DNA from: Octopus vulgaris | Lineage: Eukaryota | Direction: 5' to 3' | DNA length: 64,000 nucleotides | Assembly: GCA_951406725.2 (NCBI GenBank) | Contig: OX597826.1 | Span: 44,888,001 to 44,952,000 of the forward strand | Shown: piece after piece, positions 26,984 through 39,446 of the stretch | How positions within the stretch are numbered: the first letter of the stretch is position 1 | Layout: every line of letters starts with the position of its first letter | Made by a program: the position numbers and the translations under genes | Notes under the pieces: model-generated | What the model was told of the DNA's origin: nothing | The model's input: only the letters and a program-made list of their open reading frames with translations | The model's database searches: none

Positions 26984-27844
26984 CTAGTGGATCCACTCGC
27001 TGGCTGTAGTAACTGGATCTGTTATGTCAAACGAACTATATAATATGCCATTTCTGAATGGCTTCTCCGGTGATTTATAAATGACTTTCGTATAATTTTA
27101 CTTTCCATTAGTGTTTAATCATAGAGAAAACTAAATTAACAGTGACATGGCTCTAACGTAAGATATTCAAATTAACATAGCCTTCATCTATCTAGCAGTA
27201 CAAGATTCCTTCTTTGCCACCTTATCTCAATTAAGTCTACTTAATCTGGAAGTGTCCAACATATTTTCGCAGCGCCAGTCATGAAATATCACCCCTGTAA
27301 TCTTGGTCTATTCTGAATCTTTTGAATTACTCAAATAAGCAGTATCTAGTCAATATTCCTATCTAGAAAATTAAGGACATAATAACAATAATTAGTGAAA
27401 ACTAGTCACCAGTGCACCACACTTAACGCATAAATGTATCATTGAAAGATAGGATGCTGTAGTTTGTCTAAGAGACATTTCTGCACAGACATGTTTTAAA
27501 AACGAAACGCACACACATATACACAAACACTGCAATCTATGCAGTAGATATATAAACAGTAATAATTTAACCATTTCCCCGTAGATTGAAAAAAAAAATG
27601 AACAACACTATGCGGTTTTCGAACCTCATTCTATTCTTATCAATTGATTGTACATCAATTTGACCAACTCCAAAGAAGTAAGTAGCCAAACTGTTAATAT
27701 ACTCAACAGTTAAAGTAGATAGTGAAAACTGGAGCTACCAGTTTGCTTACAGTAAGCATTAACACTTTATTTAGTAGCAGGGGCATTTTATTGAGGGTCT
27801 CCGTCCATACAGTATCAAGGTATGATATGATATATGTAACCTAT

Positions 27845-28180
27845 GTGAAGAGCCCCAATCTATCATGAATGCCTATGGAATTGCACCTAGAAAGTTCTCT
27901 TCCGAGACACATGTCCTAGCAATGTTGTTTATGGAAAAACAGCACCACCCATGCGTAGCAGCCTTCCTTCTCCACGGCATCGATGTTATCCAAGGGAAAG
28001 GGAAAGGCCGATACAGATTGGCACCAGTGATATCACAACTCATTCCTACAACTGAGTAAACTGAAACAACGTGAAATAAAGTGTCTTGCTCAAGAACACA
28101 ACACAGACCCCGGTCCGGGAATTGAACTCACTATCACATAATTGTGATCCCGACGCTCTAAACTCTAAGCCATGCTCCTT
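27845..28180 (-). mobile_element. tRNA-derived SINE, family S3-related (central block GTGTTCTTGAGCAAGACACTT)
   Basis: Minus head TGGCTTAGAG..GAGTTCAATTCCC; tail shared with 37912-38100. Confidence 0.8.
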
Positions 28181-28185
28181 CCTTT

Positions 28186-28623
28186 AACTTGAAAATACCC
28201 TCTTCCTAGAATTGAGGGGGTTTCATGGCATAGAATTCATCAAGGTATCTTTTTACGTCATCGAAGGAGTTGAAATTTTTACCATTAAGACTATTCTGCA
28301 GAGACCTGAATAAGTGGAAATCCGAAGCAGCAATATCTGGTGAATATGGAGGGTGAGGTAACACATCCCAGCCGAGCTGCAGCAATTTTTGTCTGGTTCC
28401 CAAAGTATCAAGTGCCGACAATGAACTTTCTTATCTTCCATTTTAAAGGCTTAGAGAATTAACACAGGATATAGGATCATAAACTTTCTTCCACGAAAAG
28501 ATAGCTTAAACTGTGCTCTAAATGGAGTTGAAGTAAAATCCTATTTTATGGACTCAACCATGTTCCAAAATATTTTGAAAGATAAGCTACTATAAATCGA
28601 CATGAACTTTCCGGACAACACAA
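28186..28623 (-). mobile_element. Internally deleted mariner element
   Basis: TRQKLLQLGWDVLPHPPYSPDIAASDFHLFRSLQNSLNGK (YSPDLAPxD motif). The N-terminal MEDKKVHCRH is fused directly to it; TIR-like end TA|TTGTGTTGTCCGGAAAGTTC at 28623. Confidence 0.9.
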
Positions 28624-29782
28624 TAGAAGAATATTGAAGCGCTTCATTCTGTAGAACTAGTTGCAAATGTTAGCTATGGTGTCAGAATTAACAAGTGTAA
28701 AAGAGCCTCGAAGAAGCGTGTTGAATTCACGTAGGATGGCTTGGAAATAACGCTGATGCAACAAACTTGGATCAAAGAGAAATAATGTATGCTGAGGTAA
28801 CTTATAAACTGAAAATAATTTTATTCAATCATGAATATCATATATAAATGTTAAACAAATTCCCCAGAACATAAACATATATCAGAGAAACACATGTTCA
28901 TTGTATTTCAATTATGTGCAGAGACATTCGGATGTTTGTTGATATATTCCGCAAGGTTGATTTTAATTAGAGAAGATTGTTAGTTCAGAGTTTTTGTCCG
29001 CTTGCGTCGAAGCATTCGGAACAAATCTAACGCCGTAGAATATAAATTCAAATTGTAACGGCACGTGACCAGCTGAAATTGAGCATTAGATTTTAATTTG
29101 GATTGACACATTGTCTTCGCGTAATGATCTGAACTAGATCATTATTATTTAATTGTATTTGGCACATTGTCCGCACGATTTATTCGGATAGACCTTTGCC
29201 TTTTTTTTTTAATTCCTCATTTTCCTTTTCTTTTTATTTTTTTTTTCGCTTTACGTGTGTAATTACTCAAGGCTGTTTTTGAGAAAATATAAAAATAAAT
29301 AAATAAATACATTAAGCACTCTAAATGAATTTTTTTTTTCTTTTTAGAAGTATTTTGTTCCTCGTGGGAAGAATTGGTCGGGGGTAACACTACACTCTAA
29401 TTAAAGATATGCCACAAAATTTGATCGATAGAATTCGAAATACACGGGTCAGAAGATGTCATATCGGACATCGTGTAAGTTACACCGATAAGAATCGATG
29501 TTGAGCTGGGCGCCACATTAGTTAAACATAGTTTTTTTTTTAATCAATGCTATCAATAAAACAACAAATCATTCAACTGAAGTGATACTGATTACACAAG
29601 ATACTACATTACCCTGTTGTGTACACAACATCAACAACGGAATACAGCTTTCTAGTACAGCGCAATACAGCGCAAAATTATCCTGTTACGGCAGATTCTC
29701 AATTCGTAATTGAAACCGCTTCTCTTTTCTTTTACCTTCTCTCTCTCTTCCTCCCTCCCTTTTTCTCCATTTCTCTTCCCCC

Positions 29783-29826
<44 letters not shown>

Positions 29827-29987
29827 TCTATTTATAACGTTTTGATCATTCATTTGCTTATATTTGTAAATTAGTTAAAATTTAGATTTTCCAAGATTTT
29901 CTGTTTCTTTTATCGATTCCTCATTTAAAAAAAAAATTAAAAGTTTTTTATCTTTACTTTTATCTTTTCAATGTTTATATATTTCTA

Positions 29988-30130
29988 GCTGCATCGAACT
30001 CTCTCATGCACGAAATGGCAGTTGCTAAAAAGCATTCGTGAAGTAAAATCATGTAGCAACACCAAATGGCGGTGCCCCAGCATGGCCACAGCTCGTGAGC
30101 TGAAACTAGATAAAATAATAAAATAAAAAA
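29988..30130 (+). mobile_element. Short 5'-truncated CR1-like LINE 3' end
   Basis: AASNSLMHEM...* followed by GGCGGTGCCCCAGCATGGCCACAGCTCGTGAGCTGAAAC and a (TAAAA)n tail; a shorter copy lies at 31543-31605. Confidence 0.7.
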
Positions 30131-30456
30131 TAAATACATGAGAAACGTTTCGAACATATTCTTTAAGTAGCAGGTATATATACATACGTACACATACTTA
30201 CACTAAGACACATACGCATGTGTATATATGCTCGAAACATAAAGGACTTTTCCATTTCCCCCGAGGGTTAAACTGATACTCTGTCTTCGTCTTTAGGTTT
30301 CTGTAAATTTGAACTACACACACACACACACACACACTCACACACACACACACACATATATATATACTCATACACACACTCATATAGACATAAGTACATG
30401 AGTAAATATATATATCTCTCTTTATCTCTCTTTGTATCTATCTATCTATATATATA

Positions 30457-30866
30457 TACATATATAAATTAGAGGAATAGCCACCAAGGTGGATTCCTAA
30501 TATGCTACAAGACGCCAAATTGTCTTATCACAAAGAATATGTTCTCAAAAGTTTTAGCAAACGCCAGAGTGTATCCGAGCAAGATAAATGAAAGGAGACA
30601 AAATAGAGCAATTAACTCCATACCTTAAGATGATGCTATCAATGATCACTAACGTGATCATCGGTAGATCTTCAGTGAAGTCGTTGCAGTGAAGACGATT
30701 TGGCGTCTTCTTCTAGCATATTAAGAATCCGCCTTGGTGGCTATTCCTCTCATTTATATATGTAATATAATTCATAGTCTTCGGACATTTTTTTTATTTA
30801 TGCTAGGCCACTGGTTTAAATTGGTGTTAATTGATAATATCAATTCTACCCTCATTATTTAACTTA
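30457..30866. repeat. Microsatellite-flanked fold-back insert, ~70-bp arms (30457-30526 / 30692-30764)
   Basis: AGAGGAATAGCCACCAAGGTGGATTC versus GAATCCGCCTTGGTGGCTATTCCTCT; the end at 30810-30866 is reverse-complement similar to 55648-55700. Confidence 0.85.
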
Positions 30867-30897
<31 letters not shown>

Positions 30898-31059
30898 GTG
30901 GATACACATACACAGAAGCTTTGGTTGTCAAATTCACGATCACAACGTCGTGGGTTCGATTCATAGGTCGGCTAGATTGTTGTGTTTTTTGAGTAAGGCA
31001 CGTTACTTATTGTAGGTGTTTACTCTGCTGAAAATGAATACTAACCTAGCATTGGTGCT

Positions 31060-31113
<54 letters not shown>

Positions 31114-31605
31114 ACTCTCTCACTTTGTCTCACACCTCATGCTCTCACTTCATCCAGGTAACGCTAGATTAAAGTTGAGAACGCGGAGAATATATTTACG
31201 TCCCGTGGAAAAGTCAACATGGTCATACTCGTTCAACATAATGTACTACATCGATATACGCAGATGCAGAGAGAAGTGCGTTCTACAAGTCCACTCATTC
31301 GTATATACGTACTTATACATACATGCTCACACACACTCACACTCACGTATAGACACTGAAAAAAAAAAAAGAAAACTTACACATATAAAAATCGATTTAA
31401 ATTTAAATTGTACAATAGATTTTCAGGTTTTAGAACTCCATGTGTGTTCTTGAAAATCTAAACGAAAACTAAGGAATAATCGTATTTAGTCTGAATTCTA
31501 TTCTGTTGGCCAACTGTAGGGCATGGGATCGCTAGAATACTAAATGGCGGTGCCCCAGCATGGCCACAGCTTATAAGCTGAAACTGGAAAAATCAAAATC
31601 AAAAT

Positions 31606-32240
<635 letters not shown>

Positions 32241-32302
32241 CATATATTTAGACACAAGTAAACACACGCACACATACTTAGAATCTTCGAGTCGAATGTT
32301 TG

Positions 32303-32351
<49 letters not shown>

Positions 32352-32739
32352 CGCATTTATTTGATATAATCAATGAAGGCACGTGACTTTAGTGGTTAGG
32401 GTACTCGACTCATGATCGTAAGATTGTGGTTTTCATTAAGTACCAGAATTTAAACAAGTATGTTCAAGGGTCGATTTGTTCGACTAAACCACCCAAAGCG
32501 GTGCTCCAGCATGGCCGCAGTTCACTGACTGAAACAAGTAAAAGATCAAAGATACATATGCGACGAGCTTCTTCCAGTTTCCCTATACCAAATCCATTCA
32601 CAAGGATTTGGTCGGCGACGAAGATATAGCAGAAGACACTAGCCAAAGGTACCGCGCAGAGGAACTGAGTTAAGAAGCAAAACTCTTTACTACACGGTCA
32701 CGCCTGTGCATATATTTATATACATGTGTGTGTGTGTGT

Positions 32740-32779
<40 letters not shown>

Positions 32780-33065
32780 TTGTCCTCATCCACGTTTATT
32801 TCTGTTTATTTCCCCGTAAATTAACACTTCGAAAAAACAGACCACTAGATCAAGTACCAAACTTTAAACAGATAAGTACAAGCGTCGATTTGTTCGCGAT
32901 GCTCCAGCATGGCTTGTTTCAGTCAATAAACTGAAACAAATAAAAAATAAAGCATGAAGCAACCAAGAAGTCTGAGATTTTTTTCGTCAGCAATCGAAGA
33001 GAACTGATTATCTAATTTCCTCCACAAAAATAATTCTATCTTTATTCTTTATCTATCTACCTATC

Positions 33066-33098
<33 letters not shown>

Positions 33099-33149
33099 AT
33101 ATATGTGTGTGTGTGTATATGTTTGTGTGTGTGTATATGTTTGTATATA

Positions 33150-33214
<65 letters not shown>

Positions 33215-33969
33215 ATAATATAGCAGCATTTTCGAACTTCAATTTTTACAAATATATATATATATATATATATAAACTTCAGAAAAAAAGTTTATTTTTT
33301 AATCCTTCTACCTACCGATTACAATTTTAATAGTATAATATTAAGATACCAATCTTCATGCTCAAAATATAGCGACATTCTATAATATTCTCTATATGTA
33401 AAACGTGGAGTTAGGAATCGTTAACTGACACGTAATCATGATAAAAACAAAGACACTTGAAATGAAACCAAACATGGCCCTCACGAAGATTCAGCGAGAC
33501 ACCAGACATAATATCCGTTTTAGAAATCTTTTGATAGTCATCATACCATCTGCTTGTCTGAAATAGTTATTATTTTCTTTTTTATTTTGTCTTCCTTTAA
33601 TTCAATTTTTTTTGTTTGTTTTTAGTTAGTCATCTTTGGCGCCGTGGTTAAGGTCACGTAGCAGTTTAATTACAATTTGATGATGTCTTTGATATTGTGA
33701 GAAACTTCTCACTTTATGATATGTGAGGTAAATTCTGAAATCACTTTCTCCTAAAAGAAGAAAAAAAATTAACTTCAAAATTATTTTAGGTTGCTGAAAA
33801 ACAAGAAAAAAAGAGAGAAAAACATGCACAGATATAGCTGTGTGGATAAAAAAGTTCGTTTGACAACCACGTCTTTTCGGGTTCAATCTCGTTGCGGGGT
33901 ACCTCGAGCAGGTGTCTTCTGCTATATAGCCCCGGGCTGGAAAATTGTGAAGAATCTCCTAGCACACAC

Positions 33970-34000
<31 letters not shown>

Positions 34001-34094
34001 AACATACATGCATGCATGAGAGTATCTGCCAATTCTCTTTCTTTTCTCAAATAACATTATCAACAGTCAGCTGGGAGAATCATTGGGCACTCTG

Positions 34095-34966
34095 AGTAAA
34101 ATTTTAACCGGCATTTCGTCCGCTAAGCACCTTTTCGCACAAAGAATTTTGCCAGCTCGACGCCTTTAATAATGGTTTCAAATTTTCGCACAACGCCTGA
34201 AATTTCTCGGGAGAGGAGTAATCGATTGCATCGATCCCTCCATATTTTATTGACCACGAAAGGGATAAAAGGCAAAGTCGATCTCGGCTGAATAATTTTC
34301 TCAGAACGTAGCGTCGCGCGAAATACCGCTAAACATTTAGCCCGCATCCTAACGAATCTGCTACCTCGCCGCCTTTAATAGTCCTTTCTGCTATAAGTAC
34401 AAGGCCCGAAATTTTGAGGGACGAGACTAGACGATTAAATCGACCCCAGTGTTTCACTGATACTTAATATATCAACCACCGAGAGGATCAAAGACAAAGT
34501 CGACCTCAGCGGAATTTGAACTCAGAACGTAACGGCAGATAAAATACCCATTCCTTTACTACCCACAAGGGGCTAAACACAAAGAGGACAAACAAGGACA
34601 GACAAACGGTTTAAGTTGATTACATCGACCCAAGTGCATGACTGGTACTTAATCTATCGATCCCCCGAAAGGATGAAAGGCAAAGTCGATCTCGGCGGAA
34701 TTTGAACTCAGAACGTAACGGTGGACGAAATACCTATTTCTTTACTACCCACAAGGAGCTAAACACAGAAGGGACAAACAAGGACAGACAAACGGATTAA
34801 GTCGATTATATCGACCCCAGTGCGTAACTAGTACTTAATTTATCGACCCCGAAAGGATGAAAGGCATAGTCGACCTGGGCGGAATTTGAACTCAGAACGT
34901 AGTGGCAGACGAAATGCTGCTAAGCATTTCGCCCGGTGTGCTAACGTTTCTGCCAGCTCGCCGCCT
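34095..34966 (-). mobile_element. Head-to-tail cluster of SINE S2 copies; the youngest (34380-34966) has three internal ~178-bp units
   Basis: GAAAGGATGAAAGGCAAAGTCGA.CTCGGCGGAATTTGAACTCAGAACGTA recurs at about 34260, 34490, 34670 and 34850; heads TGCCAGCTCGCCGCCTT at about 34150, 34360 and 34950. Confidence 0.92.
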
Positions 34967-35914
34967 TAACGACGCCTTCAATAATAACAACTAATACGTA
35001 GATGGACGTCTGTCGGTCTTACATTGCAGTAAAATCTGTTATATTTGTCGACCAGTAACTCCGTGTGTATGTATGTGTTTCGTGTGTTGTGTGTGTAAAG
35101 GAGAGAGGGGGAGTACCGTTACTTAGGCTCACCAACTGTCACGTGTCAACAAACAGTCTATTTGGCGGCTGTATGGCTACCCTTTGGTGGAGGTACGATC
35201 CATCCATTGCCACTTACTAATCTAGATATGTGTCAAAGGAAAGGAAGCATTCATATATTCATGTCGACAGTTGTTTTTAAATGGGCGTTGAGTGAAAGGG
35301 CAGCCAGTGGCCTAATTAGTCACTGTTCGGGGTCAGCGATGGGGGTGTGAGGAGGGGTCTACAAAGGCAGTTTCTTGCTCATGTCAGTAAGTATGTTATT
35401 GTAACATTCCACACTTAACTGTTGCTTTCTTTTAATTTTCTCGTCCCATCCTATAATTTGTTAAGATTTCGTGTTCATTTTATCTTTTAGTTTCTCTGTT
35501 ATCGTTTGTTATAGTTTATTCATACGTTTAGATCAATTCCCAGGTTGCTACGCTTCTTTTCTTTTGCTCTTTTCTAACGATCGTTTTATCTTTTACCATC
35601 AATTTCCGAGGTTAGTAGACTGTGTGTGTGTATGTGAGTGAGAGTGAGAGAGAGAAGAAGAGAGAAATTGAAAGAGAGAGGGAGAGAGAGATACGCACAT
35701 ACATATACACGCGTATTTGCATATTTGAGTATGTATGAAATATATGTGTGTGCGTTTATATATATGTTATCTTTGTGAATGTGTGTATGTTTATGCATAC
35801 GTGCATATAAAAACTCAAACACACACACACACACACAAGGTAATTCAGTAAGAATCAAAACAAAAGGACCGGTCAAACACCGAATGCAGTGTGACATGTT
35901 TTGACAAATAAATT

Positions 35915-36084
35915 CGCGCAGGCATGTCTGTGTGTTAAGAAGGTTACTTCGAAATCACATGATCCCAACTTTATTCACGAGCGTGGGACCTTGGGCAAGT
36001 ATCTTCTATGATAGTTTTGGGGCGAGCAAAGCCTTGGGGGTGGATTTAAAAGACGGAAACTGAAGGAAGCCCACCGTATATATT

Positions 36085-36131
<47 letters not shown>

Positions 36132-36315
36132 TTATTTCTGTTTATCTCCACCACCACCACCTGATAAGTGGTGTTGGTTTGTTTACGTCCAGTTAGGGAA
36201 AAAGACCATTAAAGTAAGTACCGCGCTTAAAAAAGGTAATGGGGTCGAGTCGTTCGATTAAAAACTCTTCAAGACGGTGCCCATCATGGCCGCAGTCACA
36301 TAACTGTAACAACTA
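35915..36315 (+). mobile_element. Degenerate SINE S1
   Basis: CCTTGGGCAAGTATCTTCTA, GACGGAAACTGAAGGAAGCCC, CATGGCCGCAGTC. Confidence 0.85.
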
Positions 36316-36483
36316 ATATATGTATGTTATGCGTGTGTCTGTATATATATATATATATTTTAACTTGTTTATTGCTTGGGTTTGTGATGAGTTTGATTTG
36401 AGAACATAATCTTTTGTGGAAAATGGCGATTTGACGTCTATATCTAGCATGTTGACTGTCCACTTTTCGTGTTCAGTCCTTAA

Positions 36484-36526
36484 TTGGTCTGAAGATTTCT
36501 CTTGAATGAAACAGTTCTAGTCCTGT
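36484..36526 (+). ncRNA. Degenerate hammerhead motif within the (TA)n-flanked insert 36360-36620
   Basis: CUGAAGA u uuc ucuu gaa u GAAAC aguucua GUC: core intact, helix I poor. The upstream 125 bp matches 55838-55965. Confidence 0.5.
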
Positions 36527-36616
36527 AGAAGCTCCTTCTATATAATAAATTAATTTTACTCTGCTATGTATTGAGTACCTTATTTACTGTGGTTAACCCC
36601 GAATCAACCCGGGACC

Positions 36617-36655
<39 letters not shown>

Positions 36656-36852
36656 TTCTTTTACTTGCTTCAGTCATTTGACTGCAGCCAGGGTTTAAGT
36701 CGAACAAATCGACTCCAAGCCCAGTACATATTCTAAGCAACTCTTTTGCCGATCTGCTAAGTTACGAGGAAGTAAACACAACACCGGTTGCCAAGCGTTG
36801 ATTGAGAACAAACACAGGCACAAAGACACACACACACACACACACACAAACA

Positions 36853-36941
<89 letters not shown>

Positions 36942-37123
36942 GAATGAACTATCCTTTTTTTAACATTAACATAGAAAATTCAATAAACAGTAACCAGAGT
37001 AGCAAAATTCACGCAAGTAACAAGGATGTAGCGACCTATTCAAAGGTAGAAACTCCGGGTTAATGTGCAGTAATTTGTATAGTATAAGTAAATAAATGGA
37101 GTTGAACGCAGGTGTTATTCATA

Positions 37124-37530
37124 TTCTTTTACTCTTTTACTTGTTTCAGTCATTTGACTGCGGCCATGCTGGAGTACCGCCTTTAATCGAGCAACTCGAC
37201 CCCGGGACTTATTCTTTTGTAAGCCCAGTACTTATTCTATCGGTCTCTTTTGCCGAACCGCTAGGTAACGGGGACATAAACACACCAGCATCGGTTGTCA
37301 AGCAATGCTAGGGGGACAAACACAGACACGCAAACACACACACGCATATATATACATACATATATACGACGGGCTTCTTTCAGTTTCCGTCTACCAAATC
37401 CACTCGCAAGGCTTTGGTCGGCCCGAGGCTATAGTAGAAGACACATGCCCAAGGTGCCACGCAGTGGGACTGAACCCGGAACCATGTGGTTGGTAAACAA
37501 GCTCCTTACCACACAGCCACTCCTGCGCCT
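37124..37530 (-). mobile_element. Young full-length SINE S1 with target-site duplication
   Basis: Complete head (AGGCGCAGGAGTGGCTGTGTGGTAAG) through tail; TGTTATTCATATTCTTTTACT repeated at 37113-37133 and 37530-37550. Confidence 0.95.
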
Positions 37531-37688
37531 GTTATTCATATTCTTTTACTTTCGACATATGTTTCGAAGACAACATTCGTTTTATTCCAATCTTTTACTT
37601 TATGCCGTTTATTGGTAAAAACGGTAAGATAACAAAAGAAAGAAAGATACCTCAATATTATGTAAATAGAGGAATTTCTCTGTAAATG

Positions 37689-37818
37689 TAATATGTGACA
37701 ATTATTCGGTAGCCAAGATAAAACGGCCGGATAACTGAAAAGATGGTGGTGTGGATTTCCACCTCGGAATCCGAAACTCAGAGTTTTATCTTGGCTACCG
37801 AATAATTGTCACATATTA
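37689..37818 (+). ncRNA. Perfect 36-bp inverted repeat enclosing a hammerhead-like motif (37730-37790)
   Basis: gauaa CUGAAAA...ggauuucc accuc ggaaucc GAAAC ucaga GUU uuauc; the core is imperfect at G8; followed by (TA)n. Confidence 0.55.
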
Positions 37819-37841
37819 TACATATATATAATATAATAATA

Positions 37842-37911
<70 letters not shown>

Positions 37912-37914
<3 letters not shown>

Positions 37915-38398
37915 GACCCCCTTCGGTCATGAATGACCATGGGATTGCACCTAGAAAGTTATCCTCCGAGGCACAAGTCTGGACAAGGTTGTTTATGGAA
38001 GACAAGCAGTCGCCCATGCATACCAGCCTCCCTCTCCACGCCACCGATGTTATCCAAGGGAAAGGTAAGGACCAATACAGCTTGGCACCAGTGACATCGC
38101 AGCACGTTTATTAGCGTGCAAGTGGCAGAGTACTCCACAGACACGTGTACCCATAACGTACTTCTCGGGGAGATTCAGCGTTACACAGAGTGTGACAAGA
38201 CAAGAGAAAAAGGAAGAAAGGGTGAGAGAAAGTTGTGATGATAGAGTACAGCAGGGTTCACCCCCACCCCCTGCCGGAGCTTCGTGGAGCTTTAGGTGTT
38301 TTCGCTCAATAAACACTGACAGTGACAAGTCTGGGAATCGAAACCGCGATCTTACGACCGCGAGTCCACTGCCCTAACCACTGGGACATTGCGCCTCC
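37912..38398 (-). mobile_element. SINE family S3 (tRNA-like head), composite body
   Basis: Minus head GGAGGCGCAATGTCCCAGTGGTTAGGGCAGTGGACTCGCGGTCGTAAGATCGCGGTTTCGATTCCC with A and B boxes; tail shared with 27845-28050. Confidence 0.88.
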
Positions 38399-38427
38399 AC
38401 ACACACACACACACACACACACGCACA

Positions 38428-38463
<36 letters not shown>

Positions 38464-38563
38464 CGTAAAATATAAGGTAGTGAGTTTTTTTAGAAATTTC
38501 ACTACCATTCACCTAGCATGTATAAAAAGTCAATAGACAACATATTCTCAATATAAAATAGAA

Positions 38564-38715
38564 ATAGTGTACATTTAAACTCAACAGAAAACTGCCTTTT
38601 GAAGGCAGTTTTTACACGCAAGAAGTAGTCAAAACGACTTAGTTTTGATTGTTTTGACTACTTCTAGCGTGTAAATCTGCCTGTTGAAGGCAGTTTTCTC
38701 TTGTGTTTAAATGTA

Positions 38716-38721
<6 letters not shown>
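38564..38721. repeat. Imperfect ~158-bp palindrome ending at (TA)n
   Basis: ATAGTGTACATTTAAAC..GAAAACTGCCTT..AGAAGTAGTCAAAAC / GTTTTGACTACTTCT..AAGGCAGTTTTC..GTTTAAATGTACACTAT; upstream 38480-38570 resembles 50955-51040. Confidence 0.9.
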
Positions 38722-38796
<75 letters not shown>

Positions 38797-39099
38797 GGTG
38801 GATTCTCTCATCGAAGACGATAAATGGGGGTTCAGTAAATAACCTTCAACAACTCCTAAGCCCTGTGACACCGCATGTGTATCTTCAATAATAAAAAAAA
38901 GCACACATCGATGCGCCAAACCTCAGGTGTTATCGAGTGAAAATTGTTTACTGAACAACCGGCACTTTGACTTGTTAAAAGTGGTCATTGCTTGTGCTGA
39001 ACAAAGCACACTCTCTCCATCGAATTAACATGGTCTGTACAGGTGCACGGTGTGCCACATGTCAGATGATAAAACGATCACAGGATTTTCTTGTAAGAG

Positions 39100-39446
39100 C
39101 GTTCCGTCTCCTAGATCAGTTGTGAGTCAACACTAAAGGGTCTGATCCACCATGGTAGGGTTTCTGCGCGCCTGGGCACCATACCAGGTATTTCTAGGTC
39201 CTCGCATGACACAGGCCTAAGACATTTATTGTATGGCCGTTGACTCTCAAGTGTTCCTCCGCCCTTTGACGGGTTTTGTTTTTCATCCCGCAGGGTGTCC
39301 AATAAACACCCTCCTCACCAAGCAAGCTTGGTGGGGTTGCCGGTTTAGTCGCCGACGACCCGACTCACAACGCCCGGTCTGGGAATCGAAACCGCGATCC
39401 TACGACCGCGAGTCCGCTGCCCTAACCACTAGGCCATTGCGCCTCC
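39100..39446 (-). mobile_element. S3 tRNA-like head fused to a different body (possibly derived from an RTE 5' UTR)
   Basis: Head nearly identical to the 38398 copy (TGGCCTAGTGG, GGTTTCGATTCCC); sequence after GTTGTGAGT is unrelated to the 38398 body. The RTE assignment is an impression only. Confidence 0.6.

Noticed and set aside
37096-37618. Recurring ORFs such as RASFSFRLPNPL...PKVPRSGTEP
   Set aside because: Antisense read-through of SINE S1; recurrence reflects repeat copies, not a gene family.
39375-39446. Possible tRNA gene (A and B boxes)
   Set aside because: No convincing acceptor stem or terminator; it continues into a SINE body and recurs at 38398.
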